Below, in pieces: positions 31,005 through 40,523 of a stretch of 64,000 nucleotides of DNA. The notes under the pieces were generated by a model, which was not told the origin of the DNA, did no database searches, and worked only from the letters and a program-made list of their open reading frames with translations. The translations under genes and the position numbers were made by a program. Position 1 is the first letter of the stretch; every line of letters starts with the position of its first letter. Source of the stretch: Candidatus Poribacteria bacterium (GTDB lineage Bacteria; Poribacteria; WGA-4E; WGA-3G); the NCBI GenBank assembly GCA_965205025.1, contig CBDBFU010000014.1:160001-224000 (forward strand), written 5' to 3'.

Positions 31005-32516
31005 TTATGCCCCAGAAGTTCTCGGCATCCACAAAGACTCTTTACCCATCTCCGCAAATAACAATTTCATCACAAGTTCCGATTTCAACTCCGTATGCTC
31101 AGCGGAATCCCACAGATTGTTAACCTCACCCGGATCCTCGTGCATATCAAACAACTCTCCATAATCACGGTTATAATACACAGTGAGTTTATACCTGTCA
31201 TCAACGTATGTTTTCACATGGACAGTCGTTGGTTCATGATGATTCTCTACGATAACATGGTCACGAACTTCTTCCTGCTGACCATACCAAACCGGTGTCT
31301 GATCAACTCCTGTCATCGGATGGGGTATATCAATTCCAGCAGCACTCAAAAATGAAGGTGCTAAATCTACCAATGTCTGAAGTGCATTAGACTCTTTTCC
31401 AGAAGGAACAACACCTGGATATCGTACGATATAAGGCACGCGAATCACATCCTCGTAATGGAACGCACCCTTAGCAATTAGTCCATGTTGTCCATAAAAA
31501 TGTCCATGGTCAGAAGTAAACAGAACCAATGTATTGTCTGCCAATCCCAGTTCATCAAGTTTACATAATATCTGTCCAATATACTTATCCATCAGACTCA
31601 CCATACCATAATACACTGCAATATCTTTGGCAAGTTCATCTCTGTCCCTTAGATGTGATCTGAATCCATGCACACCCTTACCACTCTCACGCCATTCAGA
31701 AAAATCAGGTTTCCTCTGTTGGGTCATTTGGAAATGCATCGGATTCTTATCATGTTCACCTTCTGTTACGGATGGAACAGTCAAGGCTTCTGGGTCATAC
31801 ATCGTATCCCAAGGTTCAGGAACAAGATATTTTGGATGGGGATCGAAGAAACTTGCCCATAGAAAGAAGTTCTCATCATTCTCCTGATAACTTTCCATTA
31901 AAGCATTCGTTCTTTCAGCAATCCAGGTATCATAATGATACTCTTCAGGAATCGGCCACTTCCTGTATTGTCCTTTAGCATTTCCGGTGGGAGGAGAATA
32001 ATAATCGCGCCAGTTTGTTAGACCATTCTCTTCCATCCAAATAGCATAGTGCTGTCCAACATGTGCTTCATCTGCGTGGTTGCGTGCCAACTCTACATGT
32101 TCAAAACCGTAAAAAGGTTCATTGAAATTACGCCAGAAATCCAAGTCTTGTAATATAGGATATGATTCCAAGGATGGGTATTCGTCTGTTCCGTGTAAGG
32201 GTTGGAAGTGTGCTTTACCAACAAGTGCAGTTCTATATCCTGCCTCTGTAAAATCCTCACCAACAGTATGTTCATCTTCAGATAACTTTGTACCAAGTGA
32301 CCATGCCCCGTGTTGGCTCGGATATTTACCAGTAATGATCGATGCACGGGTTGGTGTACAGGTAGGATTTGGACAATAAGCTCGATGAAAAAGTGTTCCG
32401 TCGTTTGCTAATGCATCTAAATGAGGTGTCTGGATTTCAGGGTTTAAGCAACCTAAGGTATTCCAATGCTGTTGATCACTTGTTATAAGCAGAATATTCG
32501 GTCTGGCTTTATCCAT
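31005..32516 (-). CDS. Cys-type sulfatase
   Basis: PNILLITSDQ, CTPTRASIITG, GKAH and TSDHG motifs; AAGGAG RBS before the ATG at 32516. Confidence 0.95.
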   Translation of the reverse strand: MDKARPNILLITSDQQHWNTLGCLNPEIQTPHLDALANDGTLFHRAYCPNPTCTPTRASIITGKYPSQHGAWSLGTKLSEDEHTVGEDFTEAGYRTALVGKAHFQPLHGTDEYPSLESYPILQDLDFWRNFNEPFYGFEHVELARNHADEAHVGQHYAIWMEENGLTNWRDYYSPPTGNAKGQYRKWPIPEEYHYDTWIAERTNALMESYQENDENFFLWASFFDPHPKYLVPEPWDTMYDPEALTVPSVTEGEHDKNPMHFQMTQQRKPDFSEWRESGKGVHGFRSHLRDRDELAKDIAVYYGMVSLMDKYIGQILCKLDELGLADNTLVLFTSDHGHFYGQHGLIAKGAFHYEDVIRVPYIVRYPGVVPSGKESNALQTLVDLAPSFLSAAGIDIPHPMTGVDQTPVWYGQQEEVRDHVIVENHHEPTTVHVKTYVDDRYKLTVYYNRDYGELFDMHEDPGEVNNLWDSAEHTELKSELVMKLLFAEMGKESLWMPRTSGA

Positions 32517-32591
32517 ATCTCTCCTTGAAAATCTAATAAAATGTGTAAATATCTCCTTGAGTATCCAATATTCCAATACTACATATATATC

Positions 32592-33917
32592 TTATGTAGT
32601 CTTCTCTAAACAACATTGCTTATACTTACGACCACTACCACATGGACAGGGTGAGTTTCGACCTATCTTCTGTGATTGTGTTGATAGTGTCTGTGTTCTC
32701 GAATTGTTTGTTTTCTTATTGCTTCTTGTACTCTTTCCGAGTCGTCGCTCACGCATTATCGGCATTATACTATTCGCGAGTTGTCCCCTCTGAATGGCAG
32801 AAGCCATGAGTTTCATCGGTTCATCTATGTGAGTGAAGAAATGTTTATAACCTTCACATAGATAGTTCAAACCGTCTTCTCCTGAAGGAGTTTGAATAAT
32901 GCGATTCTTTGGACAACCTCCATTGCAGACGAATTTAACATCACAATTTAGACAGTATTCAGGTAATGTATCCCGTTTATCTGTCCCGAATTTTCGTTGA
33001 AACGTAGAATCAACCATATCTGCTATAGTGGTCTCCTCAATGTTTCCAATGAAGTAATCGGGTGTTACGTAGTGGTCACAGGAATATAAATCCCCATTAT
33101 GTTCTATAGCCATCGCGTCACCACAAGTCTCATTAAAAACACAAAGACTGGGGTTATATCCTAACCACGCTTCCAATGCAACATCAAATATCTGTATAAA
33201 GATTTTACCAATGTCATTAACTACCCATTCATCGAATATAGTCGATAAGAATTTCCCATATTGCTTACCTGTAACTGAACGTGGAGATACATTCTTTCCA
33301 TCAAAATGTTCAACAGCAGGAATAAACTGCATGAACTCAACACCAAGTCCTTTAAAATAGGAGTATACCTCTTTTGGATATTCTGCATTGTGACTGTTTA
33401 CCACGCAAAGAACATTATAGTCAACCTTATGTTCCTGCAATAAGCGTAATCCCCGAATAACCTGCTCGGATGTAGGACGACCGCGTTTGTCATACCGATA
33501 TTTATCATGGATTTCAGGTGGTCCGTCTATACTAATTCCAACTAAAAATCTGTTTCGTTTGAGAAATTCTCCCCATTCATCATCCAGAAGTGTTGCGTTG
33601 GTTTGGAAAGTATTTTGTATCCTCATACCACCGCGTTTATATTTCTGTTGATATCGTACAGCTTGTCGAAAAAAGTCAACACCCATCAAAGTCGGTTCGC
33701 CACCTTGCCACGCAAAAGTGACTTCATTTATCTGTTGAGCTTCTATGTATTGTTTGACATAGTTCTCCAGAGTCTCATCATTCATCCGAAAAGATTTCGT
33801 CTCTGGATATAGGTCTTCTTTTTCCAGATAAAAGCAATATTCGCAATCCAAATTACATATCGGTCCTATCGGCTTCGTCATTACATGAAAAGCGCGTGGT
33901 GCTTTAGGTTGAACCAT
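32592..33917 (-). CDS. Anaerobic sulfatase maturase (radical SAM/SPASM) with C-terminal SEC-C motif
   Basis: CNLDCEYC, WQGGEP, YSCDH, C..C.....CNGGCPK and GRNSPCPCGSGRKYKQCC; adjacent to the sulfatase. Confidence 0.95.
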   Translation of the reverse strand: MVQPKAPRAFHVMTKPIGPICNLDCEYCFYLEKEDLYPETKSFRMNDETLENYVKQYIEAQQINEVTFAWQGGEPTLMGVDFFRQAVRYQQKYKRGGMRIQNTFQTNATLLDDEWGEFLKRNRFLVGISIDGPPEIHDKYRYDKRGRPTSEQVIRGLRLLQEHKVDYNVLCVVNSHNAEYPKEVYSYFKGLGVEFMQFIPAVEHFDGKNVSPRSVTGKQYGKFLSTIFDEWVVNDIGKIFIQIFDVALEAWLGYNPSLCVFNETCGDAMAIEHNGDLYSCDHYVTPDYFIGNIEETTIADMVDSTFQRKFGTDKRDTLPEYCLNCDVKFVCNGGCPKNRIIQTPSGEDGLNYLCEGYKHFFTHIDEPMKLMASAIQRGQLANSIMPIMRERRLGKSTRSNKKTNNSRTQTLSTQSQKIGRNSPCPCGSGRKYKQCCLEKTT

Positions 33918-33989
33918 TCTAATACCTCCTATTTTACTTGTGTTAATATAGCATAATACACCTTAACCAACAAGTAAAAAGTAGACGGT

Positions 33990-34354
33990 GGGTGTGTAAA
34001 GTTTTTGTCCCTAAACATTACGCTGCTATTGTACCTGGATACCAATAATTATCCCAAGTATCATTCTTTAGCATACATCTCTAACAACTTTGTCCGATGG
34101 ATTGAGCACCTTCAAATACACGCTGCTCCGCTTCCATCAAATCACAAAAACCAAGCTCAAGGTTTCCTACTAAATCGTATATTTCTTCAACCAGTTCTTT
34201 CGCAGCTTCTGCATTTTTCTTTGATTTTACAACTTTCTAATGATAAACTAAACATCAAAATGAAATTAAGAAAATACTAAGATAGGATACCATTTTTATA
34301 TAGTTTTACAATCCCAAACTTAAACTCTTCAAGTGACAAAAACTTTACATACCC
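33990..34354 (-). mobile_element. Internally deleted ISKra4/IS256-like element
   Basis: 20-bp TIR GGGTRTGTAAAGTTTTTGTC; minus strand retains a transposase-like start (MQKLRKEL..EAEQRVFE..SIG from 34214) fused to an end (NDTWDNYW..AA*). Confidence 0.7.
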
Positions 34355-34441
34355 GGATGTGAACAAGCAAACAAGCATAGACATCATGAAGTTAATGGCT
34401 GTGAAGATTTTTATCAGTGAACAGTGAGAAATGTACAAATT

Positions 34442-34867
34442 ATGCGACAATCTATTTCATTTATAGTTTTTACCATCTTGATAGCAGCAAATTTTATTGG
34501 ATGTACCCGAGAGATAATCGAATTGATGCCCATCAAAGACGTTGAAATATATACTACAGCAATAGATCTACCTGATGCTCCGAACGTTTTTGCTATTTCC
34601 GTTTTAGTAACTGGAACATTATCGGATCAATGCATAGAAAAGCACGAGATAGATTATGATATTATGCCCGATGTGTTTGATAGATATCCAATTTATTCGG
34701 GTGGAGACACGATTTTTCTTGAGATCGAACAGACAGTAACGGTAGGTTGGGTTTCATGTGATATTGCAAGTCCATACTATATTGAGATGATCTTTCTCGG
34801 TTTCTGTGAACCAGGGCAATATACAATAAATGTGAACGGATATACTGAGACATTCAGTGTTGTGTGA
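34442..34867 (+). CDS. Hypothetical lipoprotein
   Basis: Hydrophobic signal ending in FIGC; small beta-sandwich ending PGQYTINVNG. Confidence 0.7.
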   Translation: MRQSISFIVFTILIAANFIGCTREIIELMPIKDVEIYTTAIDLPDAPNVFAISVLVTGTLSDQCIEKHEIDYDIMPDVFDRYPIYSGGDTIFLEIEQTVTVGWVSCDIASPYYIEMIFLGFCEPGQYTINVNGYTETFSVV

Positions 34868-35221
34868 TGTATTCGTGGATGGTGTGAGAAATCCTACTAT
34901 ATCTACTCCCATAGAATATTAACAACTGTGATAAAACACACCAGAAAACAAAAACTAAATAACCCTGAGGACAGGTTAACCTGAAACTTCAATTAATGTC
35001 TACCTAATGATAGAGTCTGAATCATATAGACTGTCCAAGCAACACATTCCAATTACGCTTGCAAAATATACCAATTTGCAGTATTATCTTCTATTAAAGG
35101 TTATGGGTTGTCGATAGACTTGAACCTTTCAATAGAAATAACGATACCCATTTATCCTCAATATTAATTCAACATAGAATGAATGTATAGTTAAATACAT
35201 TCAGATTCTTGGAGGACACTA

Positions 35222-35995
35222 ATGAGATTTGTAAGTGTTTTCATCACGTTATTTTTCTGTCTGAGTGTCATTACAGTATTGGCATTAGAACCAGATGATG
35301 AGGCTATTGTTGGTGTATGGCTATTTGAAGATAATGCTGATGATTCATCACGGAACAAAAATGACGGTAAGATTAATGGTGATTTCAAATTCGAAGACGG
35401 AAAATTTGGAAAAGCAGTTGTCGCAGCGGGTGGTGGTAGTATTGATGTACAGGATTCAAACAGTATAAAATCCATCAGTGATGAATTGACTGTGGCAGCA
35501 TGGTTCCGTGTGGATGCTGACTCCGATACTGGTGTCAGGAAAAATGGTGCATTCCTACTTGAAGACCAATCTGCTGGTGAACCCATCCCTGATGGTTTTT
35601 CCTTCAGAATCTGGACTGACCAAGGCATTACACCAGGTTTCTATGGAAAGACAAAATTAGAACAGAAGAAGTGGCATCATGTCGCTGGCACTTATGACGG
35701 TACAAAGGTCGAAATGTATGTTGACGGTAAACCTGATAGTGAAAATGGGGCACTCGCTGACAATAAAGGAGATTGGAAACCGGAATGGGGTGGTAAGGTG
35801 CAAGCAGGAGGGGTCTTACAACTTAAGTTCGGTCCAGAATCTTTCACTGGTGGAATAGACGAAATCATAATACTTAGCCGTGCCCTTGAAGCTGATGAAA
35901 TTAAACAACTGTTGAACGGTTGGGATGAGGCTTTTGATGTAGAACCCCAAGGAAAACTGGCAACGACATGGTCTCGTATAAAAGCCACACGATAA
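35222..35995 (+). CDS. Secreted LamG/concanavalin-like protein with C-terminal KLATTW motif
   Basis: Signal peptide, GKFGKA, WHHVAGTYDG..MYVDG, GGIDE..RAL; tail DVEPQGKLATTWSRIK. Confidence 0.9.
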   Translation: MRFVSVFITLFFCLSVITVLALEPDDEAIVGVWLFEDNADDSSRNKNDGKINGDFKFEDGKFGKAVVAAGGGSIDVQDSNSIKSISDELTVAAWFRVDADSDTGVRKNGAFLLEDQSAGEPIPDGFSFRIWTDQGITPGFYGKTKLEQKKWHHVAGTYDGTKVEMYVDGKPDSENGALADNKGDWKPEWGGKVQAGGVLQLKFGPESFTGGIDEIIILSRALEADEIKQLLNGWDEAFDVEPQGKLATTWSRIKATR

Positions 35996-36003
35996 ACTAA
36001 CAG

Positions 36004-36044
36004 ATGTGCGGGATACTTTTTGTTGATTCTCGCACATTTATTTT
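36004..36044. terminator. Terminator-like hairpin between convergent genes
   Basis: ATGTGCGGGA...TCTCGCACAT followed by a T-rich run. Confidence 0.6.
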
Positions 36045-36080
36045 AATTACAAAATTATCACAATCACAGTAATTATTCCA

Positions 36081-37604
36081 TTAATTATCGAAATCAAATG
36101 AGACTTGCTGATCTACATTACCAAACGATAATAACTTTTTGATCTTCCCCGGTTGTGCCCAATTACACTTGCCACTTCCATTAAGTTGACGAAGCAATTC
36201 AGGAATTTCTGGATTTTCAAGACCAGTTTTTATCCGTTGGGCATCGTCTTTAGACCAGCACGGTATAAACGCATGCATCGCTTGATTCCCTTGCCACATC
36301 TGTCCATTTACATTATCTAAAACAATAGGAGTAAAGTGACTCTTGCCATAAGCTTGCCAAATCACTTTGTACGGTGCAAAAGAATAAGGACCAACACCCA
36401 ACATTGCCCACCAATTACCTCTATTCATAGACGCTCGTAAAAGAGTTCCTTTTCGTTCTTTTAATCTATCCTCACTACTAAGTAGATACTTCTTTAGTGT
36501 CTCATGTTTTTCGATTTGACTCCAAGACAAAGGTTTTCCTGTATCTCGATTGTAGGGTAAGAGAATCCATTTATTAGGAACTGAATTCTCACCATGCCAT
36601 ATTTCCTTAGTTGCCAATGGAAACATAAATTCATCTGGAAGGTTTTTTGGTTTCTCTTCAAAAATGAAAACACTGTTAGCTCCACATGTATTCACACCCT
36701 GGCGAGGTTTTTGCTCAGATGATAATTTAATATCAAAAATCTCTCCAGGAAGTATTTCATCAGCATTTTGTATAATTCGCCACGGATCGGTACGGTCTCT
36801 CAACGGTATAGCTTTATGTTCAACCCAATCGTCGTTCACCTCCCTAAAATATCTAACAGGGAACTTCTGTGGTTTATCACTGATGAATCTGGCACAGCAA
36901 TATCCAGTATTAACACCTTCAAATACCTTTGTCGTAGAGAATTCATAAACTGTATCCACAGCAAAATCTCTCTGGGAATTTGAGAGTATATCTGAACTCT
37001 TTGAAGAATAATCCCTAAATCCTCTATGAGCACCCTCACCAAAGAATAATGATGTAGGTATATAGAAATAAGCTGCTCCGTTTTCTTTTAACAGTCTTCC
37101 AAGGGCAACCTTTAATACCAATGCTGCAATATCTATCCGAGAAGATCCCAGCAACATACGTTGGGTATTTTCAACAAGTCCTTCCTGTATAAAATAAGGC
37201 TTTAAATGCTCTTTATAAGAATCTGGCAGGTCTCCGAAATTTGCCCATGGAGGATTCCCTATAAGTATATCGTATTGTCTATGATGGCGTTGGGTTATGA
37301 CATCCTGAAAGTGAATTTGCGAGGTAGGAAAGTCTACTGAGAATTCTGATTGTATGTTCCTCTTAAACTGGTTAAGGAGGGATGGAACCATCTCAATTAG
37401 CGTCAAACGAGACAATCGTTCTGTAGTTATGGGTACACCTTTCTCTTCGGCAATTTGCAACATTGCCAATGCAAATATCCCTTGTCCTGCTGTGGGGTCA
37501 CATATTTGGGCACCATCAACCCAGGCTTCTATAATATTCCACTTGTTGATAAGCCATTTTGCCCAGTTAAGCGGTGTGAAAACCAGTCCAATTTTTTTAT
37601 TCAT
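36081..37604 (-). CDS. Solitary N6-adenine DNA methyltransferase (gamma class, TaqI/Eco57I-like)
   Basis: VFTP, DPTAGQG and IGNPPW motifs; C-terminal TRD with RQGVNT. Confidence 0.85.
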   Translation of the reverse strand: MNKKIGLVFTPLNWAKWLINKWNIIEAWVDGAQICDPTAGQGIFALAMLQIAEEKGVPITTERLSRLTLIEMVPSLLNQFKRNIQSEFSVDFPTSQIHFQDVITQRHHRQYDILIGNPPWANFGDLPDSYKEHLKPYFIQEGLVENTQRMLLGSSRIDIAALVLKVALGRLLKENGAAYFYIPTSLFFGEGAHRGFRDYSSKSSDILSNSQRDFAVDTVYEFSTTKVFEGVNTGYCCARFISDKPQKFPVRYFREVNDDWVEHKAIPLRDRTDPWRIIQNADEILPGEIFDIKLSSEQKPRQGVNTCGANSVFIFEEKPKNLPDEFMFPLATKEIWHGENSVPNKWILLPYNRDTGKPLSWSQIEKHETLKKYLLSSEDRLKERKGTLLRASMNRGNWWAMLGVGPYSFAPYKVIWQAYGKSHFTPIVLDNVNGQMWQGNQAMHAFIPCWSKDDAQRIKTGLENPEIPELLRQLNGSGKCNWAQPGKIKKLLSFGNVDQQVSFDFDN

Positions 37605-37767
37605 TCAATTGAGTAAATACCTTAACTAATGTGAGACTTTCTTGACTTCCATAATATGTATAGCAGGACGTAAACTGTGATGTAGACAAAGATAATCCAG
37701 TCCATACATACTTATAAAGTATATCAGAATAACAATTGTATTACAAATACCATCAAAGTATATCAGT

Positions 37768-38168
37768 GGGTGTGTAAACTTTTTTTCACTTTACAACAAT
37801 GTTTCTTATAAAAACGAATCGTTCGTACAGATAGAATTCTTCTTCTGTAGGAGAGAACTCCGACTCCCGACTCTTGCGTAATCCGTGATTCAGAAATAAC
37901 ACCTCTTTGTACCACAAACTTTATGAGGATTAAGTAAATATTTCGGTAATCCAGTCCATAAACTTATCGTAGGGGCAGGGTTAACCCGTCCGTATATTAC
38001 CGATTTAATAAATTAATCTTCATTTAGTTTGTGATCTTACTCCTTCCCCTCTCCAAACACTCTTATCCGCGTAATCTGTGTAATCTGTGATGCAGACAAC
38101 TCAAACATACATAAAAATAAACTAATCTCACAAAATTGACACCAAAGGTGACAATTATTTACACACCC
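37768..38168. mobile_element. Non-coding element with IS256/ISKra4-like ends, filled with REP-like repeats and a nested MITE
   Basis: GGGTGTGTAAA...TTTACACACCC ends, the same terminal type as 33990-34354. Confidence 0.7.
37924..38022. mobile_element. MITE family D, copy 1, inserted in a REP loop
   Basis: TGAGGATTAA..TTCGGTAAT/ATTACCGA..TTAATCTTCA; TTTA duplicated; removal restores CACAAAC-TTTA-GTTTGTG. Confidence 0.85.
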
Positions 38169-38211
38169 GATCGCGCAGGGTGTGAAAGTATATGACATTA
38201 ACAAGAAATAA

Positions 38212-38627
38212 AGGAAACCAATCAAAGAAAAAAAATGAAGAAAACACCAATCTCTTACAACTAATATACATATATCACAAAAACAGAAAAACATATTAAT
38301 AATATTTGTAAAAATGAAAATAACGGTGTATAATATTATATCGTTCAATATTTATAAACTAAAACTAATACCATTTCAAATTGAAAATGTCTCTTTTTTG
38401 TACCACAAACTTTCAGTTTGTGACTTGAAAAATGACTAACATAATAACCGCCTAATGAGACAATAATTTATAGAAATGGTATAACACTGTAAATAAGGAT
38501 ATAAGGCGGAAAGATAACAACACAAACTAACAACCAATAACTAAAAACTATGAACTATAAGCTAATGACTCTCTATAAAGACGATCCTAATAACGAAGTT
38601 TCATATACGTCAAAAAAACATACCTTT
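38212..38627. repeat. Repeat family B, copy 2, interrupted by a family C MITE
   Basis: Colinear blocks shared with 1727-1919. Confidence 0.7.
38366..38484. mobile_element. MITE family C
   Basis: TAA|TACCATTTC...GAAATGGTA|TAA; near-identical to 24001-24119. Confidence 0.9.
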
Positions 38628-39198
38628 TTAACCGTTGGGAATCACAAAATCAGGAAGCACAACAATAACACAAAATCACAATTTTTCGAATTTCTTATAA
38701 AGTCAATTCAAAGTGGGATAAAGTCAGTCTATGACAGGGGTTATAGGGATAATTTACACCAATTTCAATGTCACACAGTGTGACAAAAAGTGTAACTTTT
38801 TTCATGTTTTCGATGCATAGAGAATGCAACAACAACATGATCTACTGTCTGAGTATTTAGGATTAAATGTCTGGTTTTATACACTGTTTTTTGTCTGCAT
38901 ATTAGGATTAAATGTCTGGTTTTATGCATTTTAAACAATCATAAATATAAGTTATTAAAGAATGTTCTCAAGACCAATATATGCCAATTATATACAAAGC
39001 CTAAAAGTAAAATAATGTCTCAATGATACCGATCAAATACGTGAAATATGTGTAATTGGAGTTTTCTATATCAAGAATCCCTTACTCCAGAGGGGTACTA
39101 TGTGTCTATAGAAAACAATATCGGAACAGTCTGGCACTCCAGCGGAGTGCTATGTCCCAATACACTTCGTATGAAAAACATATAAGTACTTAATACAC

Positions 39199-39348
39199 AC
39201 TTAAGTTATAGTTTAGTTAACGTATGTGATTCACGGAGAATTGGTCTACTTTAAATTATAAACCCTTATAGAATAAGGCTTCGTAAAATTGCTCCGTGAA
39301 GGTTTCCGTGAAAGTGCAATCATCTCAAAACGATAAATATTAACACTT
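39199..39348 (+). repeat. Structured repeat family A, copy 3
   Basis: High similarity to 1926-2075 and 19858-20004. Confidence 0.9.
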
Positions 39349-39474
39349 TTGCCATTCACAATAGCCATACATCTAATATAATTATGAGATTGACAGATTA
39401 CCTCCCAATAAATGATTGACAATGGCTAATATTAGATGTAATAATTACGATACATTGTGGATGTGATGTTTATA

Positions 39475-39593
39475 TTATACGATTTCTAATTGAAAATGTC
39501 TCTTTTTTGTACCACAAACTTTCAGTTTGTGACCTGAAAAATGACTACCATAATAACCGTCTAATGAGACAATAATTTATAGAAATAGTATTA
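39475..39593. mobile_element. MITE family C
   Basis: TTA|TACGATTTCTA...TAGAAATAGTA|TTA; near-identical interior to 24001-24119. Confidence 0.9.
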
Positions 39594-39630
39594 GATAGTA
39601 ATTTTCTACATGAAAACCTTAAGGAGTTTT

Positions 39631-40434
39631 ATGTCAAGCAGAACAAGAATAGATTTTGTTGCAGGGGGTGCAAGTCATGGGAGTGGATCACATGAACACC
39701 CAGCTGGTTGTTCTTTCTTAGCTGATCAATTTAACAATTATGTTGATGGCGTTGAAACTGTTGTTCATCAAGGATGGCCAACTGAATCAGATGTATTGGA
39801 TGATACAGATGCTATCATTGTGTATTCAGATGGAGGTGGGGGTCATCTCAGCATTCCTCACCTCGATCAAATCTCTACATTGACAGGAAACGGTATCGGA
39901 TTGGCAATGCTCCACTATGCCGTTGAAGTACCGAAGGGTGAACCTGGGGATTGCTTTTTGGAATGGATTGGTGGATATTTTGAGACACATTTATCAGTGA
40001 ACCCACACTGGACTGCGGAATTTACATCTTTTCCAGTTCATCCAATCACAAACGGCTTAGACCCGTTTGCGCTTGAGGATGAATGGTATTACCATATGCG
40101 TTTTCGCGATAATATGGAAGGTGTAACTCCTGTTCTAAGTGCTATAGCTCCTGAATCAACACTCACAAGACCAGATGGACCCCATAGTGGTAATCCACAT
40201 GTAAGAAAGTCTGTTGCAAATGGAGAACCACAACATCTTGGATGGTGTAGAGAACGACCTGATGGTGGACGTGGATTTGGTTTTACAGGTGGACATTACC
40301 ACAAGAACTGGGGGGAAGACCATCTCCGTAAGTTCATCCTTAATGCGATTGCATGGACTGCAAAAGTAGAGATTCCCACAGATGGCATAGATACTCCTTC
40401 ACCATCAGAAGAAGAATTGAATTCATATTTATAA
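39631..40434 (+). CDS. ThuA-like (trehalose utilisation/class I GATase-like) protein
   Basis: SHG.G.HEH.AG, LHYA, DEWYY and GRGFGFTGGH motifs; AAGGAG RBS. Confidence 0.85.
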   Translation: MSSRTRIDFVAGGASHGSGSHEHPAGCSFLADQFNNYVDGVETVVHQGWPTESDVLDDTDAIIVYSDGGGGHLSIPHLDQISTLTGNGIGLAMLHYAVEVPKGEPGDCFLEWIGGYFETHLSVNPHWTAEFTSFPVHPITNGLDPFALEDEWYYHMRFRDNMEGVTPVLSAIAPESTLTRPDGPHSGNPHVRKSVANGEPQHLGWCRERPDGGRGFGFTGGHYHKNWGEDHLRKFILNAIAWTAKVEIPTDGIDTPSPSEEELNSYL

Positions 40435-40523
40435 TTAAAGGAAATTAGTGTTGAGCGTCAAAAAAGCAATTCGGTTAATTGTTTTAGGGGCACATATTAA
40501 GAAAATGTCTAAGGAGAGATAGT

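Noticed and set aside
32592-33917. Radical SAM/SPASM protein as a RiPP maturase
   Set aside because: Has anSME motifs and lies next to a Cys-type sulfatase; no precursor peptide seen
38037-38783. ORFs 38037..38348 and 38550..38783 (also 1617..1802, 34005..34280, 47690..47962)
   Set aside because: They overlap repeat elements, have biased composition and no recognisable motifs
38857-38925. 24-bp direct repeat as a mini-CRISPR array
   Set aside because: Only two units, a 21-bp spacer that is itself partly repeated, and no cas genes
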